From contig CBDDDZ010000005.1 in the NCBI GenBank assembly GCA_965226795.1, positions 384,001-448,000 on the forward strand: a stretch of 64,000 nucleotides of DNA, in the 5' to 3' direction. Shown in pieces: positions 21,065 to 31,605 of this stretch. Every line of letters begins with the position of its first letter. Within the stretch, counting starts at the first letter, position 1. Source of the stretch: Candidatus Latescibacterota bacterium. GTDB taxonomy: Bacteria; Latescibacterota; UBA2968; GCA-2709665. The notes under the pieces were generated by a model. It had not been told where the DNA came from. It searched no databases and was given only the letters and a program-made list of their open reading frames with translations. The translations under genes were made by a program, and so were the position numbers.

Positions 21065-22279
21065 TTACAGTTTCCAGTAATCGTCGATGTCGCTCTGATA
21101 GGCGCTGATTTTCCCGCTGAGCACGTCGATGACCTTGACGACTTCGCCAGAATTTCCCGATTCATACAGCGCTTCGCCTACGGCCTTGCTGCGCAGGCCT
21201 TCTTCGGCGTCTATTTCCACGTTTCTCCCGGTACTTATCGCGTCAATGAAGTCCCAGAGTTCCAGGGGCATGCCGCCGGTGATGCCGTAGGGAAACAGAC
21301 GTTCGTTCTCTTCTTTGCTCAGGCTTTTCCGAAACATATCCACGACTCTTTCCATGCTGAAGGTCACACCATCCAGGAGCTGGCATTCGCCGCGATGGGT
21401 GCTTGCCGCAGGATGGAAAATATCGTATTCCACAATGGTGCCCTTGCTGCCGGTCAGGCTGAGTTGAAGAAATCCTTTTCCCGGGGCGCTGTTAGTCCAT
21501 GACCAGGTTCCGATAACGCCGTTCTTGAAGTTGAAAATACTGGTCCAGAAGTCTTCTCGTGTATCGTTGATGATCCTCCGCCCCTTCATGTGGGGGCGTT
21601 TTTCGATTTGTTCCACGCGGGCGTACACGCTGTGGACTTCACCGAACCAGTAGCGCATGGTGTCCACCCAGTGGGCGCCGCTGTCCATCAGCATGCCGCA
21701 TCCCCCCAGGTGGCGGTCAACCCGCCAGTGCCAGGCCGGGGTGTTTTCGGGGTCCTGCCACGAGGCGCTGGCTGCCAGCCAGAATCGGGGTTTCCCCAGC
21801 ATCCCTCCCGCGTTAAGCACCCAGTGGATGGCGCGCTGGCCGACGCTGCGGCGGCATTGTTCGGCCGTTGCGGCGATACGTTTGTGTTTTTTTGCCGCGG
21901 CGATTATTTTTTTCGTGGCTTTCACCGTGATGCCGATGGGTTTTTCGCAGAGGATATTCACGCCGCCGGCGAGAAGCTCACAGGCCAGGACGTGATGCAG
22001 GCCGTGGGGCCCGCAGATGTCGGCGCCATCCAGATGTTTCTCGCCGTTGAGCAATTCCTCCACGGTCCGGTAGGCGGTAACCGGCTGACCGGTGTGGCTT
22101 TCAATCCGGTCTGCCATGTCTCTGGCGCGTTCCGGGACGTCGTCTACGGTAGCGACAATGCGGAAGCGCGTTTCGTTTCTTTCGAGGAGTTCGGCGTAAC
22201 CCCTGAGATGGGCTCCGGCAATGCCGCCGCATCCAACAATGGCGAGATTCACCCGTCTGCCGTTGGGTTGCTTGGCCAT
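21065..22279 (-). CDS. Gfo/Idh/MocA family oxidoreductase
   Basis: VGCGGIA, PHGLH, CEKP, DSGAH. Confidence 0.9.
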   Translation of the reverse strand: MAKQPNGRRVNLAIVGCGGIAGAHLRGYAELLERNETRFRIVATVDDVPERARDMADRIESHTGQPVTAYRTVEELLNGEKHLDGADICGPHGLHHVLACELLAGGVNILCEKPIGITVKATKKIIAAAKKHKRIAATAEQCRRSVGQRAIHWVLNAGGMLGKPRFWLAASASWQDPENTPAWHWRVDRHLGGCGMLMDSGAHWVDTMRYWFGEVHSVYARVEQIEKRPHMKGRRIINDTREDFWTSIFNFKNGVIGTWSWTNSAPGKGFLQLSLTGSKGTIVEYDIFHPAASTHRGECQLLDGVTFSMERVVDMFRKSLSKEENERLFPYGITGGMPLELWDFIDAISTGRNVEIDAEEGLRSKAVGEALYESGNSGEVVKVIDVLSGKISAYQSDIDDYWKL

Positions 22280-22584
22280 ACGATTCCTTTTACTCGTCCG
22301 TGTGATCTGTCGTGGCGACCGTGTGAGTAGACGGCGCTGGATTCCTGAGTGCGGGCTCCATGTTACCCGGTTGGGTGGATTTGTCAAGTCGTTTGTTGGT
22401 GCTGTAGAAAGACCCTGCCGCAACCGAAAGACTCTTTTCCAAGTCGAGTCTGCGGTGTCTTGCCAATTGGCCGGGGACTGGCGGTCTCCCGAAATTGACA
22501 GCCTTCCAATGAAGCGGTTGAACGTACTGATGTCCTCGTGTTCTGGCGTCTTTGTTTGAGACCTTACCTAGGAGGTGAATTGAA

Positions 22585-23454
22585 ATGCTGATCGACGCCC
22601 ACAACCACCCGAATTGGCACGGTTACGATGCAAAGAGAATTCTGAACAATATGGATGAGCAGGGCATCGACAGGATGTGGTTGTTTACCTGGGAGGTGCC
22701 GGAAAACGAATATGATCCGTCCTATCACAAAGTCCTGCCTCCCGGCGGGATGGGCATTCCACTGGAAGACGTGCTGCAGGTGGGAAGGGAGGCGCGCGAC
22801 CGCTTCGTGCTGGGCTATTTTCCGCACCCCAAAAGGCCCGACGCGGCGGACCGCCTGCGGGCGGCTCATGAAATACATGGTATCCAGGTTGCCAGTGAGA
22901 TGAAGGTACGCGTATTGTTCGACGATCCGGATGCGATTCAACTCTATAACGCATGCGCGGAAATGAAACTACCCATTACGATCCACCTCGACTATCCCAT
23001 CAATCACAGCCGGGGGAACTATCCCCGACCGAACTACTGGTACGGCGGGAGTATCGAGGCGTTCGAACGGGCGATCGCGGCCTGCCCCGAAACGACGTTC
23101 ATCGGCCATGCGCCGGGGTTCTGGGCTCATATTTCGGGAGACGATCTCTACGACAAAGAGTCATATCCTCGGGCGCCGGTACTTCCGGGGGGAAAATTGT
23201 GGGATTTGATGCGCCAGTACGGCAATCTATGGGCGGATCTCTCGGCGGGTTCGGCGCTGAATGCCCTAAAGCGGGACCCTGAGGCCGGAAAGAAATTCCT
23301 TGTCGAGTTTCAGGATAAACTGCTGTGGGGGCGAGACTATTTCGACACGGCGCTGATGGATTTCTTCCGGGGCCTTTCGTTGCCCCAGGGCGCGTATGAG
23401 AAGATTACGTATCAGAACGCGCTGCGAATTCTGGGTGAGTCCGTGCCGGGTTAG
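22585..23454 (+). CDS. Amidohydrolase family protein
   Basis: MLIDAHNH, FIGHA, ADLSA, WGRD. Strong AGGAGG RBS. Confidence 0.8.
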   Translation: MLIDAHNHPNWHGYDAKRILNNMDEQGIDRMWLFTWEVPENEYDPSYHKVLPPGGMGIPLEDVLQVGREARDRFVLGYFPHPKRPDAADRLRAAHEIHGIQVASEMKVRVLFDDPDAIQLYNACAEMKLPITIHLDYPINHSRGNYPRPNYWYGGSIEAFERAIAACPETTFIGHAPGFWAHISGDDLYDKESYPRAPVLPGGKLWDLMRQYGNLWADLSAGSALNALKRDPEAGKKFLVEFQDKLLWGRDYFDTALMDFFRGLSLPQGAYEKITYQNALRILGESVPG

Positions 23455-23479
23455 GTGGCATGCACACGTAATCACAAGC

Positions 23480-23511
23480 GCCTCCGGACGATCGCATCCG
23501 GAGGCTTTTTT
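23480..23511 (+). terminator. Rho-independent terminator
   Basis: GCCTCCGGA-8 nt-TCCGGAGGC-TTTTTT. Confidence 0.75.
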
Positions 23512-23540
23512 GAATTGGGGCGTTCGCAACCTGAACGTCC

Positions 23541-24659
23541 CTATTTTTTCACGAATTCCGAGAGTTTCCTGGCATACGCAACGTTGCCATACTCCTTGAG
23601 GATGCGGTCCTGCGCGCGCGCCGCGGCATGTTTCCGCCGGGTGTCGTGGGAAAGCCACCATCGCGCCTTGTCCCTGAGTTCCTCCAGGTTGGTCCACGTG
23701 TCGATCTCCGTTCCGATGTCGAAGATTTCTTCTATACCGGCGACATAGTCCGTGAGCATAAATCCGCCGCTGCCGGTGATTGCGGTGTCCCGCTGATTCA
23801 GATAACCGTACGCATCGGGAGAATTGTGCTGGTTGATATTGATCCCGGAGGCCCTGTATACCCCTGGAAGTTCCATGTAGCTCCGGAAGCCGCGATAGGA
23901 AGACCGGGGCAGGCCCCGGAACGTGCCGAATCCCAGGCCGCCGTAGACGTGGACCCTTCCAATGTCCGTGAGTGCGGCGACCACTTCCTGCCTCAGTGCG
24001 CGCTGGCGGGGGAAGGGGATTGTGTGGGTGATTCGTTTGACCAGGTCTTCCGATTCCAGGTATTCCTCCTGGCTGCCGCCTTCCTTGGTGTAGAGAGACA
24101 TGATGGTGATGGAGAAGTCACACTGCTCGTGCCGTGCCGGTCTTGCGAAACGATGCAGCTCCGTCGACGGAGGTGGATAGAGCACGATGGCACGGATGCC
24201 CCGACTGGCGTAGACGTCGACGCTTTCCTTGCAACAGGTGGCCGCGAATTCGAATTCCTGAGTGAAATGTGGGCTTCGGAGCATGTCCCACGGATCGTCC
24301 TGGGTGTGTGTGACGGTTTTGCACCAGGGGAACCTTTCTCGCAGTTCCGCTATGAGCCCGGGCGGGCGGTCGTCTTTGCTGAACCACCAGATGAACAGTT
24401 CCGGTTCGTGTTCCATGATGATTTTAAACAGACCCTCCCGGAAAGCGCCGATATCCTTGTATTTCAGATCCCACGTTTCGTGCGGAGGGATGATGTCGGC
24501 CTCCTCCTTTGCGAGCGCGATATCCGCCTCGAGATGGGCTTCAATGCACCCGCGCGTGGGCTGATAGAGGACGTCGTAGCCGATGCTTTTGAATCCCTGC
24601 TGAATGCTCCAGAGGGATTGGCCGGGTTGGAACCCTCCCAACAAGAGGACCCTTGGCAT
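23541..24659 (-). CDS. Glycosyltransferase (CgeB-like, GT-B)
   Basis: DDP motif, Y...ININ.H, N.R...GSGGF.LTD, EL......L pattern. Confidence 0.75.
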   Translation of the reverse strand: MPRVLLLGGFQPGQSLWSIQQGFKSIGYDVLYQPTRGCIEAHLEADIALAKEEADIIPPHETWDLKYKDIGAFREGLFKIIMEHEPELFIWWFSKDDRPPGLIAELRERFPWCKTVTHTQDDPWDMLRSPHFTQEFEFAATCCKESVDVYASRGIRAIVLYPPPSTELHRFARPARHEQCDFSITIMSLYTKEGGSQEEYLESEDLVKRITHTIPFPRQRALRQEVVAALTDIGRVHVYGGLGFGTFRGLPRSSYRGFRSYMELPGVYRASGININQHNSPDAYGYLNQRDTAITGSGGFMLTDYVAGIEEIFDIGTEIDTWTNLEELRDKARWWLSHDTRRKHAAARAQDRILKEYGNVAYARKLSEFVKK

Positions 24660-24713
24660 TGACGATTCCTTTCGGTTCAGCCATTGCGTCTGTGTGAGGT
24701 AATTCTACCGCAA

Positions 24714-24755
24714 GAGGTTAGAGGCAAGAAGCAAGAGGCAAGAAGGGAGAGGAGC
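24714..24755 (+). repeat. Degenerate tandem heptamers
   Basis: GAGGTTA GAGGCAA GAAGCAA GAGGCAA GAAGGGA GAGGAGC. Confidence 0.55.
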
Positions 24756-24884
24756 TGGTAACTTTGTCGTATGACATCCTCGGAACCGGACTGTCGCTAA
24801 CGGGAAAACAGAAGTGCATCACGAAAGAGGGCGCGAAACCGGTGGGTGGTGGAGCGGTCGTCTCACTTCTCGCGGTTTTTCAGG

Positions 24885-24914
24885 TACCCGCCGGAGGCAG
24901 GGAATTCGGGGGAG
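24885..24914 (+). repeat. Isolated tail of the subtype B element
   Basis: ACCCGCCGGAGGCAGGGAATT is also found at ~28811 and ~60376. Confidence 0.65.
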
Positions 24915-25209
24915 CAGTGGATGTTGAATTTGCTTTTCGCCTTTCCTTTCGCCCCCGCGCCAATGCCAGGAAACCGGATCCCTCCTCCGGGCGTATATAT
25001 GTACAGGGGCGGCCCCCGCCGATTCTGTCCATGATCCCGGGCGGTCCGGCGTCGGGCGATGGCAAAAAGATAGGTGAATCGAGGTTCTTGCGAAAGACGA
25101 AAGCAGCCCGGTCTTCTCGCCTCGCTTTTTGGGTTGCCCGCGCCTGATTTTCGTCCTTATTTGGAAGCGCAGGCCTTCGCAAGTGGCAACGTCGAACGGA
25201 GGTGTTACG

Positions 25210-26070
25210 TTGACTACGGACACGAATCTGGCCGTGCCCCGGTCTTCAATACGTTCCTGGTGGTCAACCGCCGGTCATCAATTCCTGCCGCCGGCGCTCA
25301 TCACGTGCATTCTGATTGGCAGTCAGATTACATTTGGAATCCTTGAGGGTCTGACAAAAACGGCGTTGGCCATCGCGGTTGCAGTTGGCGCGGAGGCGGT
25401 GCTGGGATGGTTGCATGGGAGCCGCAAGCCGAATTTCGTGAGCGGATACATTACCGGAATCAGCGTGGGGATTCTCATCCGGTCGCTCTGGCTCTGGCCC
25501 TATGTGCTTTGCAGCGCGGTGTCAATTCTGTCCAAGTACGTGATCCGTTGGCGCGGGCGGCATCTCTGGAATCCCTCCAATCTGGGTGTGAGCGCGATGT
25601 TCTTCCTGGCGCCTGAGATGGCGGCGGGGCTGAGCATTCAGTGGGGCAACGCCGTCTGGGTCATGCTCATGATCTGGGTCTTTGGCTGGATGGCGGTCTG
25701 GCGAGTGAAGCGGCTGCATATCTGCTTGACCTACGTGGTAACCTTCCTGGCGCTCGGGTTTGCTCGAAGTCTTGTGACGGGGCAGGCGTATCTGGCGGGC
25801 ATCGCGCCTATTACGGGGCCGATGTACCAACTGTTTATTTTTTTTATGATTACGGATCCAAAGACTACGGTGAAAACAAGGCGGGGACAGTGCTGGGTAG
25901 CGTTTTCCGTGGCTTCGGTGGAGGCAGTATTACGACTGTATGAACAGGTTTATGCCCCGTTCTATGCGTTATTCCTCGTGGGGCCCTTCGCGACAGCCGC
26001 GGAAATCTGGTTTGAGACGCGAGGTGCCGTATCTAAAGATGGTCGAACCCGTGGTGTAATCGGCGGTTGA
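25210..26070 (+). CDS. RnfD/NqrB-like integral membrane protein (stand-alone)
   Basis: SK......HLWNPSN.G and FFMITDPKT motifs in a hydrophobic protein. TTG follows GGAGG. Confidence 0.7.
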   Translation: MTTDTNLAVPRSSIRSWWSTAGHQFLPPALITCILIGSQITFGILEGLTKTALAIAVAVGAEAVLGWLHGSRKPNFVSGYITGISVGILIRSLWLWPYVLCSAVSILSKYVIRWRGRHLWNPSNLGVSAMFFLAPEMAAGLSIQWGNAVWVMLMIWVFGWMAVWRVKRLHICLTYVVTFLALGFARSLVTGQAYLAGIAPITGPMYQLFIFFMITDPKTTVKTRRGQCWVAFSVASVEAVLRLYEQVYAPFYALFLVGPFATAAEIWFETRGAVSKDGRTRGVIGG

Positions 26071-26098
26071 CGGTGCAACCATACGCAAGGAGGTGGCA

Positions 26099-26410
26099 AT
26101 GAAAACTGAAATTACGGGGAAACACTTCGAGCTGTCGGTCCGCTTGCGTGAGTATATCGAAAAAGAAACAGAAAGGCTGAACCAGTATTATGAACCGATT
26201 CTGGACACGCGAATAACGCTGGAGCGGGAGAATCGGATGTACAGAGTCGAGATTGTGGTGCACATTCATAACCACATATTGAAAGCCACAGACGAACAGG
26301 ATGTCGTTCACTACGCGCTGGGCGGCGCGATCGACAAAATGGTCCGACAGCTCAAGCGGGTTAAGGAAAGACAACGCAGGCCGCGGGTCCCCGTCGCAGC
26401 ACGGGACTGA
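26099..26410 (+). CDS. hpf: Ribosome hibernation promoting factor (short HPF/RaiA)
   Basis: I.ITGKH....LREY..K and AIDKM.RQL.R.K motifs. Confidence 0.9.
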   Translation: MKTEITGKHFELSVRLREYIEKETERLNQYYEPILDTRITLERENRMYRVEIVVHIHNHILKATDEQDVVHYALGGAIDKMVRQLKRVKERQRRPRVPVAARD

Positions 26411-26428
26411 GCGCCGGCAGTTATATCG

Positions 26429-26468
26429 AAACGCTCCCTGAACGGTTGCCGCCGAAGGGAGCGTTTTT
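26429..26468 (+). terminator. Rho-independent terminator
   Basis: AAACGCTCCCT...AGGGAGCGTTTTT. Confidence 0.65.
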
Positions 26469-26481
26469 GTCTTTGTGCCAA

Positions 26482-27909
26482 TCAGGGCGCGTCGGCATTG
26501 GCGGCAGGGCTGCGCCAGGTCACCCATAGGTTGCAGGCCAGCACCGCCGCCGCCAGCCACCCGAGGACGCCGGAGAGACCGAATGCTGTCATCGATGCCG
26601 GCAGACCGTAAGGAACACGGTCCAGAATCTCTGCCAGGAGCAGCGGAGCGATGCGGCAGATCGCGGCGGCCGTCGCCAGGTAGAAGGTTGCAACCACCAG
26701 TCCAGGAAAGGCCACTTTGCGTTTGTGGAGGAAACCGGGCACCATTCGAGGCGCCATGCCCAGCAGAAGGAGGGTGATAAATCCCGCGAGATGGGTGTGT
26801 CGCAAGGCATCCGGATCGAAGGGAGATTCGAACCGGAAAAGGACCAGGGCGCCGTCCAGCAGCTCAACCGCGGCGGCCAGCGCCAGGAAGACGAATGCGG
26901 CGTAAAGCAGCAGTTCGAACCGGCCGAACTCGCCGTAGTCCGGCAAGCCCGGGCGTGTCGGGCGTCTGTCGGGCCCGGGTTCGCCGATGCGATTCACGGT
27001 CCAGGGAGGATACCACCGAACGAGTATGTCCAGTTTCCAGATGAAGAGGAGGAGGGCGCCACCTCTGAGGACTTTTCCGATGGGCGACAGATGCGCAAGA
27101 GTTGACGCGAAGGACATCTCTGTGAGTTGCGCCAATACTGGCAGGTGGATCAGGATGAGCGCCAGGAGATAGACCTGCCCGAATCGAGCAACGGGCCAGC
27201 GGACGGCGGGCAGGCGCAGGTAGAGCGGAAACGTGCGAACGGAAAACGCCATCGCGGTCGGTAGAATGACAGAACCGGTGAAGAATTCAATGCCGAATCT
27301 GTTCCATGCGATGTGTAGAAGAGGGTTGTTTTCGATGCTCGCGTAAAAAGCGAGCGCGCCCGCGAGCAGTGCATACAATCCCCATCCCGCGATCGCAATT
27401 ACCAGGAAGATGCGCACCGTCTGCAGGGCGGGGCGATTCGGAGCTGCACCGCGTAAGGTGATGACCAGCACGGCAATGTAACAATAGACGCCAGTGGTTT
27501 CCAACAACGCGGAGAAACCCAGTGCCCATCTCAGTCCATTTTGAAACGGGCTATCGAATCCCGCCGCCAGCAGCGGCTGCGAGACCGCGCGCAGCAGGAT
27601 GCCGGTTGCAAGGAGGCAAAGAATCCACGCCGGAAGCCGGGGAAAGCGGAGCGGCGTACCTGCCAGACGAGGCAGGAAGTAGAGGTTGACTCCGATGATA
27701 AAGAGGCCAATCCAACCCAGGAGTTGGGCGTGGCCATGGGCCTGGAGCATGGCCACCCACCAATCGCCCATGGATAACTGAAAGCCGATCAGCACGGCCA
27801 GGATGGCCGCATAGCCGAATCCGACCGTCAGCGCGACAAAAAGCGACGCCAGCACAAAGCCGAAATGGAAATGGGTATGGTTGCGATTCTGGCTAACGGA
27901 CAAGGTCAT
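26482..27909 (-). CDS. NnrS-like polytopic membrane protein
   Basis: HGH.QL.GW, P.L, R..P, DALRH...GF...L.GM..RMVP.F. Confidence 0.6.
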   Translation of the reverse strand: MTLSVSQNRNHTHFHFGFVLASLFVALTVGFGYAAILAVLIGFQLSMGDWWVAMLQAHGHAQLLGWIGLFIIGVNLYFLPRLAGTPLRFPRLPAWILCLLATGILLRAVSQPLLAAGFDSPFQNGLRWALGFSALLETTGVYCYIAVLVITLRGAAPNRPALQTVRIFLVIAIAGWGLYALLAGALAFYASIENNPLLHIAWNRFGIEFFTGSVILPTAMAFSVRTFPLYLRLPAVRWPVARFGQVYLLALILIHLPVLAQLTEMSFASTLAHLSPIGKVLRGGALLLFIWKLDILVRWYPPWTVNRIGEPGPDRRPTRPGLPDYGEFGRFELLLYAAFVFLALAAAVELLDGALVLFRFESPFDPDALRHTHLAGFITLLLLGMAPRMVPGFLHKRKVAFPGLVVATFYLATAAAICRIAPLLLAEILDRVPYGLPASMTAFGLSGVLGWLAAAVLACNLWVTWRSPAANADAP

Positions 27910-28157
27910 CTCCTCGAATTGGTCCGGATGACAATTCGAAATCGTAACGAATGTGGAGAGATAAATCGGTAGACCGATTTCACTGGCAGGAACGTGGAGT
28001 CGAACTCCCTTGTCCTTGCCGACGCGACAATCGTGTGTTCTCGATCGATCGAGTATTCGATAAATAAACCCGTTCTTCGGATTCGGCAACCTCTTTCGCA
28101 CGATCGTTCGATCATGTCGATCGATCGCCGTCCCACCCTCGATTTTTTTATTCTTCG

Positions 28158-28377
28158 TCCTTTTTCTTGTACGCCCAAGAAAAAGGACCAAAAAGAACGG
28201 CGCCTGCCTGCCGAGCACGGCTCGGCGCAGGCAGGCCGCTCGGCGCGGGGCCGGTTTTTCCACGAATCTCGTCTGTGGCGTAGACTAGCGATTGTGCCCT
28301 ATGTACGCATGCCGACGCCCGTAGCTTCGGTGCTGAACGGAATAGCGTGGAAAACCCCCCCACTCCACCACCGGGCG
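28158..28377 (-). repeat. Structured dispersed element, subtype A, copy A1 (contains nested hairpin 28203-28235)
   Basis: Aligns by eye with the copies at 34.1, 47.5 and 56.4 kb. The 62-nt cassette is at 28272-28333. Confidence 0.85.
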
Positions 28378-28443
28378 TACGGGAGGGAAAACGAGGGAAC
28401 GCAAATCCGTCCACCCGGATTGGGCGGGCGACGTATGCCACGC

Positions 28444-28586
28444 GAGGACGCAAACCCTCCCGCGCCGCGTTTTTGTTCGTAGGGGCAACCCTTGTAGTCG
28501 CCCTCTCAAAGGCGCAGATATCGACCATTGATATCGCCAGGCCATATCGCTATCCGGTTCAAGCTGACTGCCTAAGGCTGACCGCC
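28444..28586 (+). repeat. Repeat module D (GTAG-REP, conserved linker, GCTGAC heptamers)
   Basis: Similar to 47821-47967, 56975-57126, 59820-59916 and 60826-60912. Confidence 0.7.
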
Positions 28587-28604
28587 AATTACTGTTCGCG
28601 TTCA

Positions 28605-28854
28605 GGTAGCCACACTGTTGTCTAACGCAATGCCTATCGAGAGCGCCACCAGAGCAGAGCGCGTGGTTCCGTCCAGCGCCGGGGATCGGTTTTCTTTAAG
28701 AGCTCGTAGGGCAGCGGCTGAAGTGCGACTCGTGCGGCAATTCGCGCTATGCATATGGCAGGCCCCGCGCCAGCGGCGACTTTTGGTTCCTTTTGGTCGC
28801 TTCAAAAGGAACCCGCCGGAGGCAGGGAATTTGGGGAGAGGTTACGAATTTGGA
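28605..28854 (+). repeat. Structured dispersed element, subtype B, copy B1
   Basis: Near-identical to 60169-60419 except in the cassette 28676-28735. Confidence 0.9.
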
Positions 28855-28888
28855 CCGAGTGCTGGACGAATTCCGTGAATGGACGCAG

Positions 28889-28916
28889 GTAGGGGCGGTT
28901 CGCGAACCGCCCCTAC
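28889..28916. repeat. GTAG-type REP, perfect 28-bp palindrome
   Basis: GTAGGGGCGGTTCGCGAACCGCCCCTAC. Confidence 0.85.
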
Positions 28917-28961
28917 AAAGACACTGTCGGTGTAAACATCCTTTTCCATCTGGATTCTATT

Positions 28962-30779
28962 ATGAAATCTGAAAATGTGGTTTCCATTGCCGTCCTGCTC
29001 CTGCTGAATCTCGTCGGATGTACGCCCGAGGAGACGGTGACCGTGTCTGGCGCGGTGAGCCGGCCTGGAGACGTGGCGTTTCGCCCTGGATGGGGTGTGC
29101 ACAACTATGTAACGGCCGCCGGAGGATATCTGGCCGAGGCGGATACGGGCCGCGTCGCTCTGGTTCGGGAGATGGCGGATAGCGTCCTTGTCGGGCAACG
29201 GGGAAGTTTCCGCAGATGGATGATTGAGGACGTGTCTGCCGTGATGGCAGGCGACATGATCAGTGTCCCGCTGAAGGCATATCGGGTCCGGTTCGATACG
29301 GTGCTGGCGGTGAGGAATCTGGAACAGAATTGGAAGGACCACATCTACCGTATGGAGCGTGGAAAGGTTGCGCTGGGCACGACACTGCGGGGGGTCGTGG
29401 CGGCGGTGTTCTTCGGGAATGGCGAGGTAATCAAGCAGACTTCCGGTACAGCAGCCGGCCCGTTTCAATACCTCTATCTCACAATGCATCCGGACAGATC
29501 CGGCGTCCTGCTTCCGGCGCTCAGAGAGCCGGTCTCGGATCTGGAGGCGCAGGAGGACGCGGCATGTCCTTTATCCGGATGGCAGGGTGGAGATCGAGGT
29601 GCAGGGCGGCGTGCGGGAGACGCGGTATCCCGATGGAAGTGTCTTCGCATTAACGCACGAGGGGCACCGGATCACGGTCTTCAAGGACGGCCGGCAGTTT
29701 ACGAAAATGAACGATGGTACCACGATTGAACAGTATCCGGATGGGCGAAAGATCCAGAAACATCCTTCCGGCGAGACGCTGGAGGTTTTCGCGGATCGAT
29801 CCAGGCGCATTGTGTATCCGGACGGCTCGGAAACGGTACGCCGCCCTGATGGCGTGCGCGTCGCAAGGCTCGCGGATGGGACCGTGATTGAGGAGTTCCC
29901 GGACGGCAGGATTGTGTACAGACCGATACGTCGGGAGTGCGGCTTGAGGTCCTTTCTCCTGATCGATATGTAATTACGGACGGGGATGGCAACCGCGTTG
30001 AGGCGCGTCCCGATGGAACATCTCAATGGTAATTGGCAGAACCCTATCGGTACCGCGGTTCGATACGGCCCGACCTGATCCGGCTGGAGCGCGCGCCGGA
30101 ACGCATCTCTCCGGGTATGGTTGCGTTCGTCCGGGGATCGGTGGAGGATGCCGTGAAGAAGATGTCGATGTCGGTGTTCGCGCTTCCGGACGGGGACGTC
30201 CAGGATATGGAGATCCTGCTTGACGCGGGGCAATTCGAGGGGACGTTGCAAGTAGGGGAGCCCGGGTATTATCGGTTGCAGATCCAGTGCGAGATGGAAA
30301 ACGGCGATGCTTTAGTGGCGGAAGATCGCATGTTGAAAGTTGGCAACCCGAAGCCTCTCGAGGCGCCTGTAATCGAGGTCGCGCCCTTTCCCGGCGACGC
30401 GGCCGCGGGCCGGCGCCTGATGGAGTCGGTGAACCATGTGCGCGGCAGGAAGAGCCGCATGTTGTTGGAGTGGGACGACGACCTGGTCTACGCGGCCGCG
30501 TCACATTTGCAGAACATGCTGGCGTACGGTTCGGTTTCGCACTGGTCGCCTATGTATGGAGACCTGGTAAATCGTTTGGAACGGCTGGGCATTTCGTTTG
30601 AGGTCGCGCTGGAGAACCTGGCGATGGCGCCCTCGCCGGAGGAAGCGCACTGGCACCTGATGTTGAGCGCCGAACACAGGCGCAATATTCTTGACGAGCG
30701 CTTAACCCATATCGGCGTCGCAGTGGCGAGCGAGCGGGGCCAGGTGTGGGTGGTGGAAATCTTCAAGCGGAGAGAATAG
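28962..30779 (+). pseudogene. Fragmented lipoprotein gene: SLBB domain, (Y/F)PDG beta-hairpin repeats, CAP/SCP domain
   Basis: Lipobox LVGC and SLBB-like VTVSGAVSRPG. Frame changes at ~29560 and ~29913. TAA at 30030-30032 is in frame with the CAP ORF (ENLA, S.EHR.NIL, T.IGV.V). Confidence 0.7.
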
Positions 30780-30809
30780 GCGGAACCACGTGCGGAAACC
30801 TGCTCATTG

Positions 30810-31226
30810 TTGAAGGTGTACCCTGAAGACAAGGACGCATTGCTGTTCGTCGGGTTGGGCTAACACGTCAGCGGATATCTGGATAATGCATGACATTTTT
30901 ACGTCCGGGCGCTGGCGGAGACCGCAGGAAAAGTGCGTTTGCGGGTCTGAGCGGTCCGGGAAGACGGTCCTGCCGAATATCATGTCAGATACATTCCCTC
31001 GGTGAGAAATAGAGTTTCATGGTCGATCCGAAATTTCGACAGGAATACGGGCGAAACAGCGGTGACCGTGCAGTACGAAGGAGACCGGACCGATGATTTC
31101 ACCTATCTTCAAATCGATCTGTAAAGGGTACCCGTGGGCATCCACGAACTGACGGTGAAGATGCAGGATCTGAACAGTGATGGAAAGGGCAACGAACGGC
31201 GCGTGTTGTTCCGCGTGATCGAATGA
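30810..31226 (+). pseudogene. Internally deleted remnant of a paralog of the downstream GWxTD gene
   Basis: YPEDKDALLFVGLG*...HFYVRAL and QYEGDRTDDFTYLQIDL*RVPVGIHELTVK...LFRVIE* match two segments of the 31606-33924 protein. Confidence 0.85.
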
Positions 31227-31605
31227 AGCCGGGAGCACGGCGGGCTATTTCGGAGCATGCATGGTCACAATAGATGCTTCGAGGTGCGTGTGAGGCAAAC
31301 GCGAAGAAATGAAGGGAAGTTGAACGGATAACACGGGCGTGTGCAGACGGGTTTTGTGACATTGCAGGTAAGGGTCCGGAAAGAACATCTTCCGGGCCTT
31401 TCTTTCTTTTACTGAACCGGTTCCGTCTGTTTGGTGTCTTTAGGCGTGGAAGGGCGTCGGGGATGCTCACATGAGTAAGTCTGGATGAACGACTCCATGC
31501 CCGGTTGCTCCGATATCCTTTGTCGCCAAGGAACATGAAGAATTATCGGTTCCGGGTCGCACGCTGCACCCAAAGGTCACCATTGCAAGCTCCGGAGGTT
31601 TCGAC

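Noticed and set aside
27910..28960. Short ORFs over the repeat islands (also 33.9-34.4, 47.4-47.9, 56.2-57.2 and 59.6-60.9 kb)
   Set aside because: They are translations of the repeats, with no consistent start or RBS and stops in some copies.
30030..30032. Stop-codon recoding or programmed frameshifting in the broken genes
   Set aside because: Mixed TAA/TGA stops, frame changes and deletions with no slippery site; TAA, TAG and TGA all end intact genes in this window.
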